This document shows, piece after piece, positions 36,416 through 37,563 of a stretch of DNA of 37,563 nt. The position numbers and the translations under genes were made by a program. Source of the stretch: a virus (Duplodnaviria > Caudoviricetes); IMG/VR virus record IMGVR_UViG_3300026848_000013, positions 1-37,563 of that record; one strand, given 5' to 3'. Under the pieces are notes generated by a model. The model was not told the origin of the DNA. It worked only from the letters and a program-made list of their open reading frames with translations, and ran no database searches. Each line of letters begins with the position of its first letter. The first letter of the stretch is position 1.

Positions 36416-37219
36416 GTGAAGAACGACAAACCTGTTACCCCAGTCAAGCCGGTTGCCCCCTATCTCGGTGGGAAGAGCCGGTTAGCAAAGCACATTGTCC
36501 AGAAGATCAACACCATCCCACACGCCACATATGCCGAGGTTTTTGTGGGAATGGGTGGTGTATTTTTACGGCGCGATCATCTGGCCAAATGCGAAGTCAT
36601 TAACGATCTGAACCGGGACGTATTCAATCTGTTCCGCGTGCTTCAGGAACATTACCCATACTTCATCGATATGTTGAAATGGCGTCTGACGACCCGTGCA
36701 GAATTCGAACGCCTGATTGATACCGATCCCGAGACCTTGACCGATCTTCAACGAGCTGCTCGCTTCCTCTATCTCCAGCGGACGGCTTTTGGTGGTAAAG
36801 TCTCAGGGCAGAACTTTGGGATTTCGCCAGGACGCTCTGGTCGCTTCGATGTCTCTAAACTGGCTCCGATGCTCGAAGACCTTCATTCAAGACTGTCGGG
36901 GGTAACAATCGAATGTCTGGACTACGCCGCGTTCATTGATCGCTATGACCGCCCAGAAACTCTTTTCTATCTGGACCCGCCTTACTACGGGAATGAAGGG
37001 GACTACGGCAAAGACCTGTTTTCTCGCGATCAGTTCGACAAAATGGCCAAGCAACTTCGTTCCATCAAAGGAAAATTCATCCTGTCACTCAATGATCGCC
37101 CCGAAGTGCGCGAAATCTTCGCAGGTTTCAAGGTCAAGTCCGTTGATGTCCCGTACTCAATTAGCCGGAAGGCAGAAGCGAGAAAAGCCTATGGTGAGGT
37201 GATAATCTCTAACGCCTAG
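36416..37219 (+). CDS. DNA adenine methyltransferase (Dam/D12 class) at the mom position
   Basis: PYLGGKS, EVFVGMGGVF, INDLN, FYLDPPY; GGAG RBS with GTG start. Confidence 0.93.
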   Translation: MKNDKPVTPVKPVAPYLGGKSRLAKHIVQKINTIPHATYAEVFVGMGGVFLRRDHLAKCEVINDLNRDVFNLFRVLQEHYPYFIDMLKWRLTTRAEFERLIDTDPETLTDLQRAARFLYLQRTAFGGKVSGQNFGISPGRSGRFDVSKLAPMLEDLHSRLSGVTIECLDYAAFIDRYDRPETLFYLDPPYYGNEGDYGKDLFSRDQFDKMAKQLRSIKGKFILSLNDRPEVREIFAGFKVKSVDVPYSISRKAEARKAYGEVIISNA

Positions 37220-37226
37220 TCTAGAG

Positions 37227-37253
37227 GGGCGGCTTGCAAGGGTCGCCCTTTTT
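37227..37253 (+). terminator. Intrinsic terminator
   Basis: GGGCGGCTT-GCAA-GGGTCGCCC followed by TTTTT. Confidence 0.8.
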
Positions 37254-37299
37254 GCTTACATGGAATGCGGACAGGGTAGGATTGAAGCAGAGGTCAATC

Positions 37300-37563
37300 A
37301 TGCCCGATATTAGGAATGACGGTATACCGATCAGCGACACTGTGCGCCATGACCTTGAAGGCGTGTATTTTCATTGCCTGTCATGCCACCGAGAAGTGTG
37401 CAAAACCCCCGAGGAACTAATAGATTTGGCTGGACCTGACACCGGTCTCTGGACACTTGCCAGACGCCTGCGGTGCATCGAGTGCAACGAAAAGGATTTC
37501 ACAGTCCGACTTGGCTATCCAAGAAACTGCAACGGCATCGGAAAACCACATTCAGAACGCTAG
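37300..37563 (+). CDS. Small CxxC...CxxC protein (phage or host)
   Basis: CLSC and RLRCIEC; GAGG RBS; lies beyond the terminator. Confidence 0.55.
   Translation: MPDIRNDGIPISDTVRHDLEGVYFHCLSCHREVCKTPEELIDLAGPDTGLWTLARRLRCIECNEKDFTVRLGYPRNCNGIGKPHSER

Larger units (their letters stand above)
1..37563. mobile_element. Mu-like transposable prophage (contractile tail), near complete; ends not identified
   Basis: Mu-type gene order: repressor/ner/A/B ... gemA/mor, lysis, terminase, portal, F, I, capsid, gp36-38, sheath, tube, tape measure, gp43-48, fibre, com-MTase. Confidence 0.97.

Noticed and set aside
1-37563. CRISPR array, rRNA, integrase/att sites, gam, mom
   Set aside because: No repeat-spacer array or such genes recognised; integration is explained by the transposase

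Overview
Essentially the whole window is one apparently intact Mu-like transposable prophage with a contractile tail. Left to right it carries a divergent CI-type repressor, Ner, a MuA-like DDE transposase, a MuB-like ATPase, an accessory early region, GemA and a Mor/C-type activator. Next come a lysis cassette (M15A peptidase and holin), terminases, portal, MuF, protease/scaffold and capsid. The tail block follows (sheath, tube, chaperone, tape measure, baseplate, two-part fibre), then an antisense membrane-protein moron and a com + DNA adenine methyltransferase module at the position of mom. The phage ends are not identifiable; the window starts and stops at ORF boundaries. Several probable small genes missing from the ORF track were read by hand, including Com and a 39-aa DnaJ-type Zn finger. 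The most unusual element is a ~550 nt gap without a convincing ORF in the early operon (7444-7990). It holds two densely base-paired RNA-like elements: one with a candidate pseudoknot, and one a ~190 nt tRNA-like cloverleaf with a giant variable domain and a second internal T-arm. Other candidates are a structured RNA right after an extended MuF, a stand-alone DnaA domain I-like protein, and repeated late-promoter motifs. All family calls come from motif recognition and gene order; no database searches or folding programs were run.
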